DNA of 64,000 nucleotides from an uncultured Mitsuokella sp. (GTDB lineage Bacteria; Bacillota; Negativicutes; Selenomonadales; Selenomonadaceae): NCBI GenBank assembly GCA_945873115.1, contig CAMCBT010000005.1, positions 69 to 64,068 of the forward strand, read 5' to 3'. Shown piece by piece: positions 45,552 to 54,501 of this stretch (position 1 is its first letter; each line of letters starts with the position of its first letter). The notes under the pieces were generated by a model. It saw only the letters and a program-made list of their open reading frames with translations, ran no database searches and was not told where the DNA came from. The position numbers and the translations under genes were made by a program.

Positions 45552-47222
45552 TTACTTTCCCTGTTTCATGCGATTGATGGCGCTGAAGAGAGCGAGGATA
45601 GAGGCCGTGATGATATCCGTATCCATGCCTGCACCCCAGGTGACATGTCCCTTTTCGCCGATAATTCCGATGTAGGCCATGGCGCGGCTGGACTGGCCGA
45701 TTTCAAGGGCATGCTCGCTGTAGGTCAGATCCTTATAGGTGATGCCAAGATTCTTCTGGAGGGCATTCGACACCGCATCGAGGCGCCCATTGCCTTGGGC
45801 GATGAAGGTCGTGGCCTTCCCATCGACGAAGAGGTCCACCGTACCCTTGCGGGTACCGTCCGGCTCTTTGCGCAGCGTAAAGTCGTCCAGCTTGTAGGGC
45901 GACTCCACGTTCACGTACTCCTCCTGGAAAATCTGGTAGATTTCGTCCGGCATGAGCTCCTTGTGCTTGTGGTCGGATACGCCCTTGACGCAGTAGCCAA
46001 AGTCCTCCCGCATCTTCTTCGGCATATCGATGCCATACCGCTGCTCCATGATGAAGCCGACGCCACCCTTGCCGGACTGGCTGTTGATGCGGATGACATC
46101 CCCCTCGTATTCCCGGCCCACGTCCTTCGGGTCGATATAGAGGTAGGGAAGCGTCCACTTGTCCGGATTCTTCTCCTCCTTCCACTTCATGCCCTTTGCA
46201 ATGGCATCCTGATGGGAGCCGGAGAAGGCTGCAAAGACGAGCTTGCCTGCATAGGGCTGACGGGGCGATACCTGCATGCGGGTCACCCGCTCGTACATAT
46301 CACAGAGCTCCGGCATGTGGGAGAAGTCCAGCTTCGGGTCTATGCCCAGGGCAAAGAGGTTCATGGCCACGGTGATGATATCCACGTTGCCCGTGCGCTC
46401 GCCATTGCCAAAGAGGGTGCCCTCAACCCGGTCCGCACCAGCGAGGAGGCCCATCTCCGTGTCGGCCACCCCGCAGCCCCGGTCATTGTGGGGATGGAGG
46501 GAGAGGACGACACCATCCCGATACTTCAGATACTTGTTGATGTAGGCCACCTGCATGGCGTAGACATGAGGCATGCTCATCTCCACCGTGACAGGCAGGT
46601 TGATGATGGCCTTGCGATCCGGTGTCGGCTTCCAGATATCGAGCACGGCATTGCAGACCTCGAGGGCATACTCCGGTTCCGTTCCGGTAAAGGACTCCGG
46701 GGAGTACTCAAAGCGATACTTTGCACCGGCCTTGTCCGTGTGCTCCTGCAGGAGCTTCGCGCCCTCGATGGCAATCTCCTTGACTTCTTCCTTCGACTTC
46801 TTGAAGACCTGCTCCCGCTGGGCCACGGAGGTGGAGTTATAGACGTGGACGATGGCGTTCTTGACACCATCCAGTGCGTCAAAGGTCTTCTTGATGATAT
46901 GCTCCCTAGCCTGGGTCAGGACCTGCACCGTCACATCGTCCGGGATGAGATTATCCTCCACCAGGCGGCGCAGAAATGCGTATTCCGTCTCCGAGGCCGC
47001 GGGGAAGCCCACTTCGATTTCCTTGAAGCCAATTTTGATAAGCGTCTTGTAGAACTCGAGCTTTTCATCGAGACTCATGGGAATCATCAGGGACTGGTTG
47101 CCATCCCGAAGATCCACACTGCACCAGATGGGTGCGTGGTCCGGCGCATCCTTCTTTGCCCACTCCAGGTCGATTTCCGGTGGCATGAAATAGCCCTTGC
47201 TGTACTTCTTGTAATTCATCAT
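45552..47222 (-). CDS. leuA: 2-isopropylmalate synthase (long, LeuA type 2)
   Basis: IWCSVDLRDGNQSL...FKEIEVGFPAAS...LSLHPHNDRGCGVA, plus the C-terminal LeuA dimerisation/regulatory domain. Confidence 0.92.
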   Translation of the reverse strand: MMNYKKYSKGYFMPPEIDLEWAKKDAPDHAPIWCSVDLRDGNQSLMIPMSLDEKLEFYKTLIKIGFKEIEVGFPAASETEYAFLRRLVEDNLIPDDVTVQVLTQAREHIIKKTFDALDGVKNAIVHVYNSTSVAQREQVFKKSKEEVKEIAIEGAKLLQEHTDKAGAKYRFEYSPESFTGTEPEYALEVCNAVLDIWKPTPDRKAIINLPVTVEMSMPHVYAMQVAYINKYLKYRDGVVLSLHPHNDRGCGVADTEMGLLAGADRVEGTLFGNGERTGNVDIITVAMNLFALGIDPKLDFSHMPELCDMYERVTRMQVSPRQPYAGKLVFAAFSGSHQDAIAKGMKWKEEKNPDKWTLPYLYIDPKDVGREYEGDVIRINSQSGKGGVGFIMEQRYGIDMPKKMREDFGYCVKGVSDHKHKELMPDEIYQIFQEEYVNVESPYKLDDFTLRKEPDGTRKGTVDLFVDGKATTFIAQGNGRLDAVSNALQKNLGITYKDLTYSEHALEIGQSSRAMAYIGIIGEKGHVTWGAGMDTDIITASILALFSAINRMKQGK

Positions 47223-47511
47223 GAAAAGCCCTCCCTACAATGAAAAACCCCCTCGCCTCACGACCGTGAGACGAAGGGGAAATCTCCGTGTTACCACTCA
47301 GCTTTATGCGCGAATGCGCACCTCTGACAGGCTCAAAAAGCCCTGCCGCGCTAACGGGCGCCTCCCGTCCCTGCCTACTGACAAAAGCCATGTTCAGCGG
47401 GCTGCTTCCAGGTGAGTTCGAAAAGCCATTTGCTACTGCCTTCCACCGACCGGCAGCTCTCTGGAGGCTACTTGCTTTCTACTATTCCTGTTCGTCGCAT
47501 TTCCTTATGAC
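47223..47511 (-). promoter_or_regulatory. T-box leader, leucine specifier (CUC)
   Basis: Stem-I text CCAGAGAGCTGCCGGTCGGTGGAAGGCAG. The specifier loop GAA-CUC-A puts the codon at 47414-47416. The T-box variant GAGTGGTAACACGGAG lies at 47284-47304. A terminator (ccccttcgtctcac/gtgaggcgagggg followed by TTTTTC) lies at 47243-47279. Confidence 0.85.
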
Positions 47512-47518
47512 GCATACT

Positions 47519-47547
47519 AGGATAGCACAACGCATACACTTTTGCAA
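47519..47547 (-). promoter_or_regulatory. promoter of the Leu T-box/leuA unit
   Basis: TTGCAA, 17 nt, TATCCT on the minus strand. Confidence 0.5.
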
Positions 47548-47616
47548 GAAAAATATGCAGGTTTTTCGTTCCTGTCCTATTGCACGATTCCTTTGTTCGC
47601 ACTGAGCGTTCACACC

Positions 47617-48159
47617 TTAGAACTCGATGGTTTCCATGGCCTGATCCACGGCTGCCACCAGCTCGCTCGTGGCAAAAGTCACTGCCGCACGATGCTCCCC
47701 GAAGGGCTTTCTCGAAAAATTCTCCTCCGGATGCCTGTCATTATTCCAACGGTTCTTCTGCCGGTGCTGTTCCTGCTCACGCTTTTCCCGTTCGCGACGC
47801 TCCCTCTCGCGCTTTTCACGCTCTTCCTTCTCCTTCTTCTTGCGAAGCTCCACCTCACGCTTCTCCCGCTCTCGGCGCTCCTTTTCCAGCTGTGCCTTCG
47901 ACTTTCTCGTGTTCCCGGAGAAAATCGAAAGCGGCTGCAGTGCCTCGCTCTGGAGAGGATTCATCGTATAAGTCGTGGGCACAAACACTGCCCGATGCCC
48001 GATTTCCTGCTCCTTCGGCAGAGTCGGCCGGGCCTGCTGTCGGTTCTCCACCTGGGGTACCGGTGCCTTGGTGGCGGCCTCCGACACACCGGCGAAGAGA
48101 CCGGTGCCAAAGAGGGCTGCGAGTGCTACTGTGAGACTTTTTACTTTACGTTTTTTCAT
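47617..48159 (-). CDS. secreted hypothetical protein with a long E/R/K-rich tract
   Basis: Signal peptide MKKRKVKSLTVALAALFGTGLFAGVSEA|A. Residues about 87-133 are KSKAQLEKERREREKREVELRKKKEKEEREKRERERREREKREQEQ. The start ATG overlaps the upstream stop (ATGA). Confidence 0.65.
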   Translation of the reverse strand: MKKRKVKSLTVALAALFGTGLFAGVSEAATKAPVPQVENRQQARPTLPKEQEIGHRAVFVPTTYTMNPLQSEALQPLSIFSGNTRKSKAQLEKERREREKREVELRKKKEKEEREKRERERREREKREQEQHRQKNRWNNDRHPEENFSRKPFGEHRAAVTFATSELVAAVDQAMETIEF

Positions 48160-48392
48160 GAACACACCATCCTTTTGTAGGCTCGGTAGGCCACCTTCTG
48201 TCCATTGAGCGTCTGCTCCTCCTTCGTGTAGGCCTTTGCATTAAAATCGAGGGAGTAGTTTTTCGCAGCGGACTGCTCTTGCCGAATGGCAGTCGTCGCG
48301 GTGCTTGTCACATCAGTAGCCTGGACGACTGTCGGATAGGCCAGTGCCCCGATCACAGCCAGAGTCAGTGCGTGTTTCCATGCCTTCTTCAT
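48156..48392 (-). CDS. small secreted hypothetical protein (78 aa)
   Basis: Signal peptide MKKAWKHALTLAVIGALAYPTVVQA|T. Its stop overlaps the next gene's start, implying translational coupling. Confidence 0.55.
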   Translation of the reverse strand: MKKAWKHALTLAVIGALAYPTVVQATDVTSTATTAIRQEQSAAKNYSLDFNAKAYTKEEQTLNGQKVAYRAYKRMVCS

Positions 48393-48533
48393 AGAATCAT
48401 CCTTTCGCGGAAGTGCTTCTGTTCGTTTCTCTTACCGAATGGGATTGTATCGGACATGCCTTGAGCTAACTTAAGAAATAAATTAGCTATCTATTAAACT
48501 TGCTTTCTCCACTACGTGCTCTAATAAATCCCG

Positions 48534-48565
48534 CAAAAAAACAGAAGGCAACATTTGCCTCCTGT
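48534..48565 (-). terminator. Rho-independent terminator of the usp gene
   Basis: acaggaggca / tgccttctgt stem (1 mismatch), followed by TTTTTTTGCGGG on the minus strand. Confidence 0.75.
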
Positions 48566-48590
48566 TTTTATCCCTATGCGCTTTTCGTGA

Positions 48591-48971
48591 TTACTTGACG
48601 ACCATGACAGGAATCTTCGACTCCTCCACGACCTTCTGGCTGACGCTGCCGATAAGGGCTCCCTTGAAGAGACCTAGGCCACGGCTGCCCATGATAATCA
48701 TGTCCACATCCTCTGCCTCAGCTGTATGGAGAATAGCCTTTGCGATATTGCCCGTCTCCACGTGCTTCGTCGCCTTCAAGTCCTTCGGGATTTTCTCCCA
48801 AATGCGGTCAAAGACGATATGGCTCGGAATGTCCTTATTGATATTGCTTGCCACATAGACGAAATCGAGGCTTGCCTTGCACTTGCCCGCGACAAAAATC
48901 GCTTCATCGACCGCCTTGCAGCCATTGACGGAGCCATCAACAGGAACGAGTATTTTCTTGATCGTTGCCAT
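48591..48971 (-). CDS. universal stress protein (UspA family)
   Basis: KKILVPVDGS...DMIIMGSRGLGLFKGALIGSVSQKVVEESKIPVMVV. Confidence 0.9.
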   Translation of the reverse strand: MATIKKILVPVDGSVNGCKAVDEAIFVAGKCKASLDFVYVASNINKDIPSHIVFDRIWEKIPKDLKATKHVETGNIAKAILHTAEAEDVDMIIMGSRGLGLFKGALIGSVSQKVVEESKIPVMVVK

Positions 48972-49077
48972 GATAAAACCCTCCCTACGAAATATATCCA
49001 GCTTTCCTTATTTCCTACGGGTTATTTCGCCATGGGATTTCGAAATTCCTTCTTTTTTTGATAATTTCATCTATTTT

Positions 49078-49422
49078 TTAGCCCGGTGGCCACTGCATGG
49101 AGCGTCCGCCTAAAAGGTGCACATGGAGATGATGGACGGTCTGGCCGCCCTCCTCGCCCGTGTTGCAGACAATTCGGAAGCCCTTTTCCGCCACGCCCAG
49201 CTCCTTTGCGAGCTTCGGCACCACATCCGCCAGGATATGGGCCGCCAAATCCTTATCCTCCTCGCCGAGCTCCAGGAGACTTCCCACATGCTTCTTCGGG
49301 ATGATGAGCACATGCTCCGGTGCCTGGGGCTCCAGATCCCGGAAGGCCTTGACGAGCTCATCTTCATAGACGACCGTCGCGGGGATTTCGCCCGCCGCAA
49401 TCTTGCAAAAGATGCAATCCAT
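49078..49422 (-). CDS. HIT family (Hint-like) nucleotide hydrolase
   Basis: CIFCKIAAGEIP... and the histidine triad HHLHVHLLGG. Confidence 0.92.
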   Translation of the reverse strand: MDCIFCKIAAGEIPATVVYEDELVKAFRDLEPQAPEHVLIIPKKHVGSLLELGEEDKDLAAHILADVVPKLAKELGVAEKGFRIVCNTGEEGGQTVHHLHVHLLGGRSMQWPPG

Positions 49423-49500
49423 TCTATCCCTCCTACAAAATATCAGAATCTACCCTCTATGTGTTCATTCGACCTTTTATCAAAAATCCCTGCAAGACCA

Positions 49501-50796
49501 TCAGGAATCAGCACGAACGCCAAAAAGTCCATCCTTATAGGGGCGAACAAGCCGCATGGGATATAGCTCGCCGCAGGTGACAGTCTCATCTGTATAGACT
49601 CGGATGTAGTTTTCCGTCAGGCCATCCGTCACGCCCTCCTTTTCCGTCTCGAAGAGCACTTCCATAGTCTCCCCAACGAAGGAGGCTTCATACTCCCGTG
49701 TTTTTCGGCTGGCCAGTGCCTGCATCCGATGGGCCCGAGCTTTTTTCACCGATTCCTCCACCTGGTCCATGCGCCTAGCTGCGGGCGTCCCCTCCCGTTT
49801 CGAGTAGGGGAAAACATGCATGCGGGAAAAGTTCATTTTCTCCACAAAGGACAGGGCGTCTGAAAAATCCTCCTCCGTCTCCCCAGGAAATCCCACGATG
49901 AGATCCGTAGACACGGCGATTCCCGGCACCTCCCGCTCCACCGTCTCAATGAGGCGAGCGTAATCTTCCGTGGTGTAGTGGCGGTTCATATCGTGGAGCA
50001 TCCTGTCGCTGCCCGCCTGCAAGGGCAGATGGAGGTGTGCACAGAAGCGCTCCTCCTCCCGCAGCAGGGAAAAGAGCTCCGGCGTGAGCTCGATGGACTC
50101 CAAGGACCCCAGCCGCAACCGGCGCAACCCCGGCACTGAGAGCACAGCCCGGCAGGCATCGGCCAGGGTAAGGTCTCCCGTGAGATCTCTGCCATAGGCA
50201 CCGAGGTGGATGCCCGTCAGGACGATTTCCTGGAAGCCCATCGCCACAAGCTTTTCTGCCTCCCGCCTCACATGCTCCGGCACTCGGGACTTCACTGGGC
50301 CCCGAGCATAAGGGATGATACAGTAGGAGCAGAAGTTTTCGCAGCCATCCTCGATTTTGAGGAATGCCCGGGTTCGGGTGGGACTGTCATAGATGGGAAT
50401 GTCCTCAAAGTCGCTTTTCTCCATGACGTTTTCAATCCGCACAAGCTGGCCGGTCTCCTCCAGAGCCTGCTCCACGCATTCCACAATGCTGCCCCTATCC
50501 TTCGTCCCTAGAACCACCCGCACTCCTTCGATGGCCTTGATTTCCTCGGGGGATACCTGTGCATAGCAGCCGCAAACGGCGATGACGGCTTCTGGATTCA
50601 TGCGATGGGCGCGCCGTATCATCTGGCGGCTCTTCCGATCGCCTAGGCTCGTCACGGAGCAGGTATTGACTACATAGGCATCCGCCGCCTCCTCAAAGGG
50701 CACGACGGAATACCCCTTCTGCTTGAAGAGGCCCTCCATGGTCTCCGTTTCAAATTGATTGACCTTGCAACCAAGGGTCATAAATGCAACTTTCAC
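49501..50796 (-). CDS. mtaB: tRNA-t6A37 methylthiotransferase
   Basis: (V)KVAFMTLGCKVNQFETE, radical-SAM CENFCSYCIIPYARG, TRAM C-terminus. I chose the GTG at 50796, 8 nt after AAAGGA. The ATG at 50781 is an alternative, and the track extension to 50877 overlaps rsmE. Confidence 0.88.
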   Translation of the reverse strand: MKVAFMTLGCKVNQFETETMEGLFKQKGYSVVPFEEAADAYVVNTCSVTSLGDRKSRQMIRRAHRMNPEAVIAVCGCYAQVSPEEIKAIEGVRVVLGTKDRGSIVECVEQALEETGQLVRIENVMEKSDFEDIPIYDSPTRTRAFLKIEDGCENFCSYCIIPYARGPVKSRVPEHVRREAEKLVAMGFQEIVLTGIHLGAYGRDLTGDLTLADACRAVLSVPGLRRLRLGSLESIELTPELFSLLREEERFCAHLHLPLQAGSDRMLHDMNRHYTTEDYARLIETVEREVPGIAVSTDLIVGFPGETEEDFSDALSFVEKMNFSRMHVFPYSKREGTPAARRMDQVEESVKKARAHRMQALASRKTREYEASFVGETMEVLFETEKEGVTDGLTENYIRVYTDETVTCGELYPMRLVRPYKDGLFGVRADS

Positions 50797-50800
50797 GTTT

Positions 50801-51556
50801 TTAATCCTTTCCCTCTTCCATTTGGGCCGGTCCCCCCAGATCGCCCTTTTCGTACTGAAGAATGGTGAGTGCCACAAGAGCCGCCGTTTCCGCCCGCAAA
50901 ATCCTGGGGCCGAGGGTCACACAGCTGGCACCGGCCTCCACAAGGCGCGTCGCCTCTGCCTCTGTAAAGCCGCCCTCTGCGCCAATCAGCAGGGAGATAT
51001 CCCTCCCCTCAAGCTGCGGAAGCACCTCCCCCAATGTGCGCTGCCCCTCTAGCTCGTAGCAAAAAATGAGAGGTTCCTTCACCTGCAGAATTGCCTCCTC
51101 AAGAGATGCAACGGGCGAGACTGTCATTTTCCGAGCTATGCCGCATTGCTTGGCGGCCTCATCGGCAATCTTTTGCCAGCGGGCGCACTTCGCCTGCCGT
51201 TTCTTATCGTCCAGACGCACCACCACATTCTGGCTCAGTACCGGCACAAGCCGGCTTGCCCCCAGCTCCACCGCCTTCTGCACCACAAAATCCATCTTCT
51301 CCCCTTTCAGAACACACTGAAAGAGGGTAATGGAAACGGGGGACTCCTGCGTCTCCTGGATAGTCTCCAGCAGGCGAAGCGTAGCCCCCTCCGACGAAAA
51401 GCCAGTAATCTCCATGCGACCAACCCGGCCATCGCTTCCCGCCACTTCCAGTGTGTCCTGAAGCCTCGCCCGCATGACGTGCATGAGATGATGGGCATCC
51501 GCCCCCCGGATGGCAAGCTCCTCCGCCAGCGGCTCCGGCACGAACAGACGGCGCAT
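50801..51556 (-). CDS. rsmE: 16S rRNA (uracil1498-N3)-methyltransferase
   Basis: MRRLFVPEPL...HHLMHVMRARL PUA-like N-terminus and SPOUT C-terminus LLIGAEGGFTEAE. The start overlaps the prmA stop (TAATG). Confidence 0.88.
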   Translation of the reverse strand: MRRLFVPEPLAEELAIRGADAHHLMHVMRARLQDTLEVAGSDGRVGRMEITGFSSEGATLRLLETIQETQESPVSITLFQCVLKGEKMDFVVQKAVELGASRLVPVLSQNVVVRLDDKKRQAKCARWQKIADEAAKQCGIARKMTVSPVASLEEAILQVKEPLIFCYELEGQRTLGEVLPQLEGRDISLLIGAEGGFTEAEATRLVEAGASCVTLGPRILRAETAALVALTILQYEKGDLGGPAQMEEGKD

Positions 51557-52506
51557 TACTCCCCCTCCCGAGCAAAGAGAAGGGACGTCCAACCGTTCTC
51601 CTGATATTCCTGAAGCAGGCGGAAGCCCCTCGCCCTTCCGGCCTGCTTCACGTCCTCTGCCCGCTCATCGATAATGCCGGAGGCCAGGAACCTGCCTCCC
51701 TCTGCCAGATGACTGCCCGCCATGTCGAAGAGGCGGATGACGATATCGGCGATGATATTGGCGATGATGAGATCCGCCTTCCCCGAATAGGCCTGCAAGA
51801 GATCCGATTGGCCCGTCCGGACGATATGTTCCACACCGTTTCGCGCCACGTTTTCCTCGGCAGCCTGGGCTGCCGCCGGGTCATAGTCCATGGCGACGAC
51901 CTCCCCAGCTCCGAGCTTTGCCGCAAGGATGGCCAGGATGCCGGATCCCGTGCCCACGTCAAAGACTCGCATACCAGGGATGACAAGCCTCTCCAGAGCT
52001 CGGATGCAGAGGGCTGTGGTGGGATGGGTGCCCGTTCCGAAGGCAGCACTGGGGTCAATCGCAATTACGATGTCCCCCTCCTTCGGCTCGTAGCTCTCCC
52101 AGGCCGGCTGTATGACAGTGCACGCCCCGACCCTTGTCGTATGAAAATACTGTTTCCAATTGTCCACCCAGTCCGCATCATCCACGATATCCAGCCGAAC
52201 ATCCTCTTTTCCATAGCGGGCCCCCGTCCGCTCGGAGTAGGCCTCCAGCAGCTCCCCCAGCCTCGAGACTCGCTCCTTCAGGGAATCGTCCACCGCCAAA
52301 TAGGATGTAATCGTGACCAAAGCATCTTTTCCTGGCTTCTCCGGCTCAAAAGGCACAGCCCACTCGACGATTTCACAATCCTCCGCCGTAAGAGTCGGAT
52401 CATTGATTTCCACGCCACCGGCATCGATGTCGTCAAAGAGAGAAGCGACGACCTCCGCCTCCTCCTTCTTGACGGAAACACTTACCTTTCCCCACTTCAC
52501 AGGCAT
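51556..52506 (-). CDS. prmA: ribosomal protein L11 methyltransferase
   Basis: AFGTGTHPTTALC...VFDVGTGSGILAI... Confidence 0.9.
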   Translation of the reverse strand: MPVKWGKVSVSVKKEEAEVVASLFDDIDAGGVEINDPTLTAEDCEIVEWAVPFEPEKPGKDALVTITSYLAVDDSLKERVSRLGELLEAYSERTGARYGKEDVRLDIVDDADWVDNWKQYFHTTRVGACTVIQPAWESYEPKEGDIVIAIDPSAAFGTGTHPTTALCIRALERLVIPGMRVFDVGTGSGILAILAAKLGAGEVVAMDYDPAAAQAAEENVARNGVEHIVRTGQSDLLQAYSGKADLIIANIIADIVIRLFDMAGSHLAEGGRFLASGIIDERAEDVKQAGRARGFRLLQEYQENGWTSLLFAREGE

Positions 52507-52573
52507 CTTCCTTTCATCAAAATAGTGCCCCTCATAAAGAAACGCCCACTGCAGCGCAGTGAGCGATAATTTC

Positions 52574-52658
<85 letters not shown>

Positions 52659-52869
52659 GAATCCCTTCTATCTAACCATAGAGCGTAGGACTTGTCAAGG
52701 GATTCTTCCTCTCTAATCAATATTTTATACAAGAATGAATCGGAAGCTGTTTCTGATGTAGCAGAGAAGCTGCTGAGAAAGACGAACGGCCCACTGTGAG
52801 CCACTCACGCATATCCCTTTCCCATTCCTGCTATACTCCAAGTATCACAATATCGAAGGAGGAATTTCC

Positions 52870-53178
52870 ATGGCGGAAATCGTTGTTACGGGAGATAATT
52901 TTGAATCGGAAGTCCTACAGGCTAAGGGCACGGTGCTGCTGGACTTCTGGGCCAGCTGGTGTGGCCCCTGCCGCATGCTCACGCCGATTGTGGATGAGGT
53001 AGCCGAGGCCCATCCCGAGCTGAAGGTGGGAAAGGTCAATGTGGATGAGCAGCCTGAGCTCGCCCAAAAATTCGATGTCATGAGCATCCCGACCCTCGTG
53101 GTCTTCAAGGATGGTGTCCAGAAAAACACCTCCATCGGCCTCATCAGCAAGGAAGAGGTCGAGAGTCTCATCGGCTAA
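52870..53178 (+). CDS. trxA: thioredoxin
   Basis: WASWCGPCRM active site. 102 aa. Confidence 0.95.
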   Translation: MAEIVVTGDNFESEVLQAKGTVLLDFWASWCGPCRMLTPIVDEVAEAHPELKVGKVNVDEQPELAQKFDVMSIPTLVVFKDGVQKNTSIGLISKEEVESLIG

Positions 53179-53202
53179 GCTGCCTTGCTGCCCTGTCAAG
53201 AG

Positions 53203-53241
53203 AAAATCCCTGTCCAGCACAGATGCCGGACAGGGATTTTT
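53203..53241. terminator. bidirectional terminator (trxA and the convergent crp-family gene)
   Basis: aaaatccctgtcc / ggacagggatttt 13-bp stem. Confidence 0.85.
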
Positions 53242-53920
53242 ACATGCCTGCAATCTCCTGCAGAGCTTTCTTGTCGAGGATTGTCAGCTTTCCGCGGGCG
53301 CCTTTGACGAGCCCCTCCTGCGTGAAGTATTTGACGAGACGGCTCACCACCTCCCGAGCCGTTCCCATATAGCGGGCAATCTGCTCATGGGTCAGATGGA
53401 TCTCATCGGATCCAAGCTTCTCGCTCTCCTCCATCAGGAAGATGGCCAAACGCCTGTCCGCAGAGAGGAAGAGAATCTGTTGCAGCTTCCAGAGCATCTC
53501 CGACAAGCACCGGGAGGCCTTCTCGTAGGCATAGCAGCGGGCGTAAATATTCGCATCCAAAAGGCTTCGAATTGCCCCCGCATCCGTCAGGAGCGCCTCT
53601 GTATCCTCCTCTGCATCAATATAGACCTCGAAGGTCACCTCGTCGAGGGTGCAGGAGGCGGAGAGTATGGCGATATCCTCGTCGAAGAGTCGATAAAGGG
53701 TGACCTCCCTCCCGTCCTCCGAAAGGGTATAGACCCGTAGCTGACCGCTCTTTATGAGAAGAACGCCAATGCAGTCCAAGGGGCCCCGATGGACCTGCGT
53801 CCCCTTCTGATAGTGGACGGTCCGTGTATGCTGGTTCAAAAGATCCTTCTGGGACTCGGTCAGCTTGTCCCAGAATTTGAAATGACGGATAAAGAGATCT
53901 GTGGCTTCCTGCATATCCAT
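53240..53920 (-). CDS. Crp/Fnr family transcriptional regulator
   Basis: cNMP-binding-like N-domain and C-terminal HTH LTHEQIARYMGTAREVVSRLVKYF. The start is 53920 or 53914, and RBS spacing favours 53914. There is no N-terminal Cys cluster. Confidence 0.85.
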   Translation of the reverse strand: MDMQEATDLFIRHFKFWDKLTESQKDLLNQHTRTVHYQKGTQVHRGPLDCIGVLLIKSGQLRVYTLSEDGREVTLYRLFDEDIAILSASCTLDEVTFEVYIDAEEDTEALLTDAGAIRSLLDANIYARCYAYEKASRCLSEMLWKLQQILFLSADRRLAIFLMEESEKLGSDEIHLTHEQIARYMGTAREVVSRLVKYFTQEGLVKGARGKLTILDKKALQEIAGM

Positions 53921-53940
53921 TTCCTTTCCGAGTCTTGCCC

Positions 53941-54486
53941 TCAAAAAAACTTCTGTATGATGCCCGCTGCACTGTTCTTTCCGCCCCGCAGGCTGTCGCT
54001 GCCGCTGCAGGCCAGAGGAATGATATAGCGGCTGTCCCCATAGTAGCGGAGCTTGTAGTGACGCTTCGTCTCCTCGATGTCGATTCCCAGATTCTCCAGC
54101 TTGCTGCGAGTCATGGCATTCATGGTCTTGTAGCCCTTCAGGATTGTCTTGAGCTCTGCCGCACGTTTTTCCAGCGTCCCTTCCAGCTTATTTGCCGCCA
54201 GGACGGAGTCCAGCACATCAGCCCGTCGGGTGCCGTTAGGGAGTCGTTTCCTGGCTTCCTTGAGCTCCTCCAGGAGGATCTCCCGCTTTTCGTTCGGATA
54301 GAACTCCGGCTCGCCCCCTCCCGCCAGAAGCGTCCCCTCGCCAGAGCCCACGCTCTTTGCATGGGCTCTGGCACGGCGTAGATACTTGTCCCGCTCGCCG
54401 CGCAGCTGCTCGTTTTCCCGCTCCAGCTCCGCAATCCGCTTCATGGAGGCTTCGATAAGCTCCTCCTTTGTCCGTGGCTTTTCCAA
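53941..54486 (-). CDS. hypothetical coiled-coil protein (181 aa)
   Basis: ORF tightly packed between recD2 (15-nt gap) and the crp-family gene (about 20-nt gap). RBS GGGGAGAGGAG. No family recognised with confidence. Confidence 0.6.
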   Translation of the reverse strand: MEKPRTKEELIEASMKRIAELERENEQLRGERDKYLRRARAHAKSVGSGEGTLLAGGGEPEFYPNEKREILLEELKEARKRLPNGTRRADVLDSVLAANKLEGTLEKRAAELKTILKGYKTMNAMTRSKLENLGIDIEETKRHYKLRYYGDSRYIIPLACSGSDSLRGGKNSAAGIIQKFF

Positions 54487-54501
54487 GCTCCTCTCCCCTT
54501 T

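Noticed and set aside
47542-48180. Stack of plus-strand ORFs (212, 184 and 100 aa) and a possible repeat array at 47740-47900
   Set aside because: The purine/pyrimidine-biased tract encoding the E/R/K-rich segment keeps several frames open. The periodicity is codon-level low complexity, not CRISPR-like repeat-spacer structure. The minus-strand frame has a signal peptide and ATGA coupling.
48156-48392. 78-aa ORF as the 5' remnant of a larger esterase/tannase-like gene
   Set aside because: The text ...AKAYTKEEQTLNGQKVAYRAYK reminded me of the N-termini of secreted esterases. However, the ORF ends in an ATGA overlap with the next signal-peptide gene, and no esterase-like sequence follows in any frame. 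I therefore kept it as a small secreted protein, and the resemblance is unverified.
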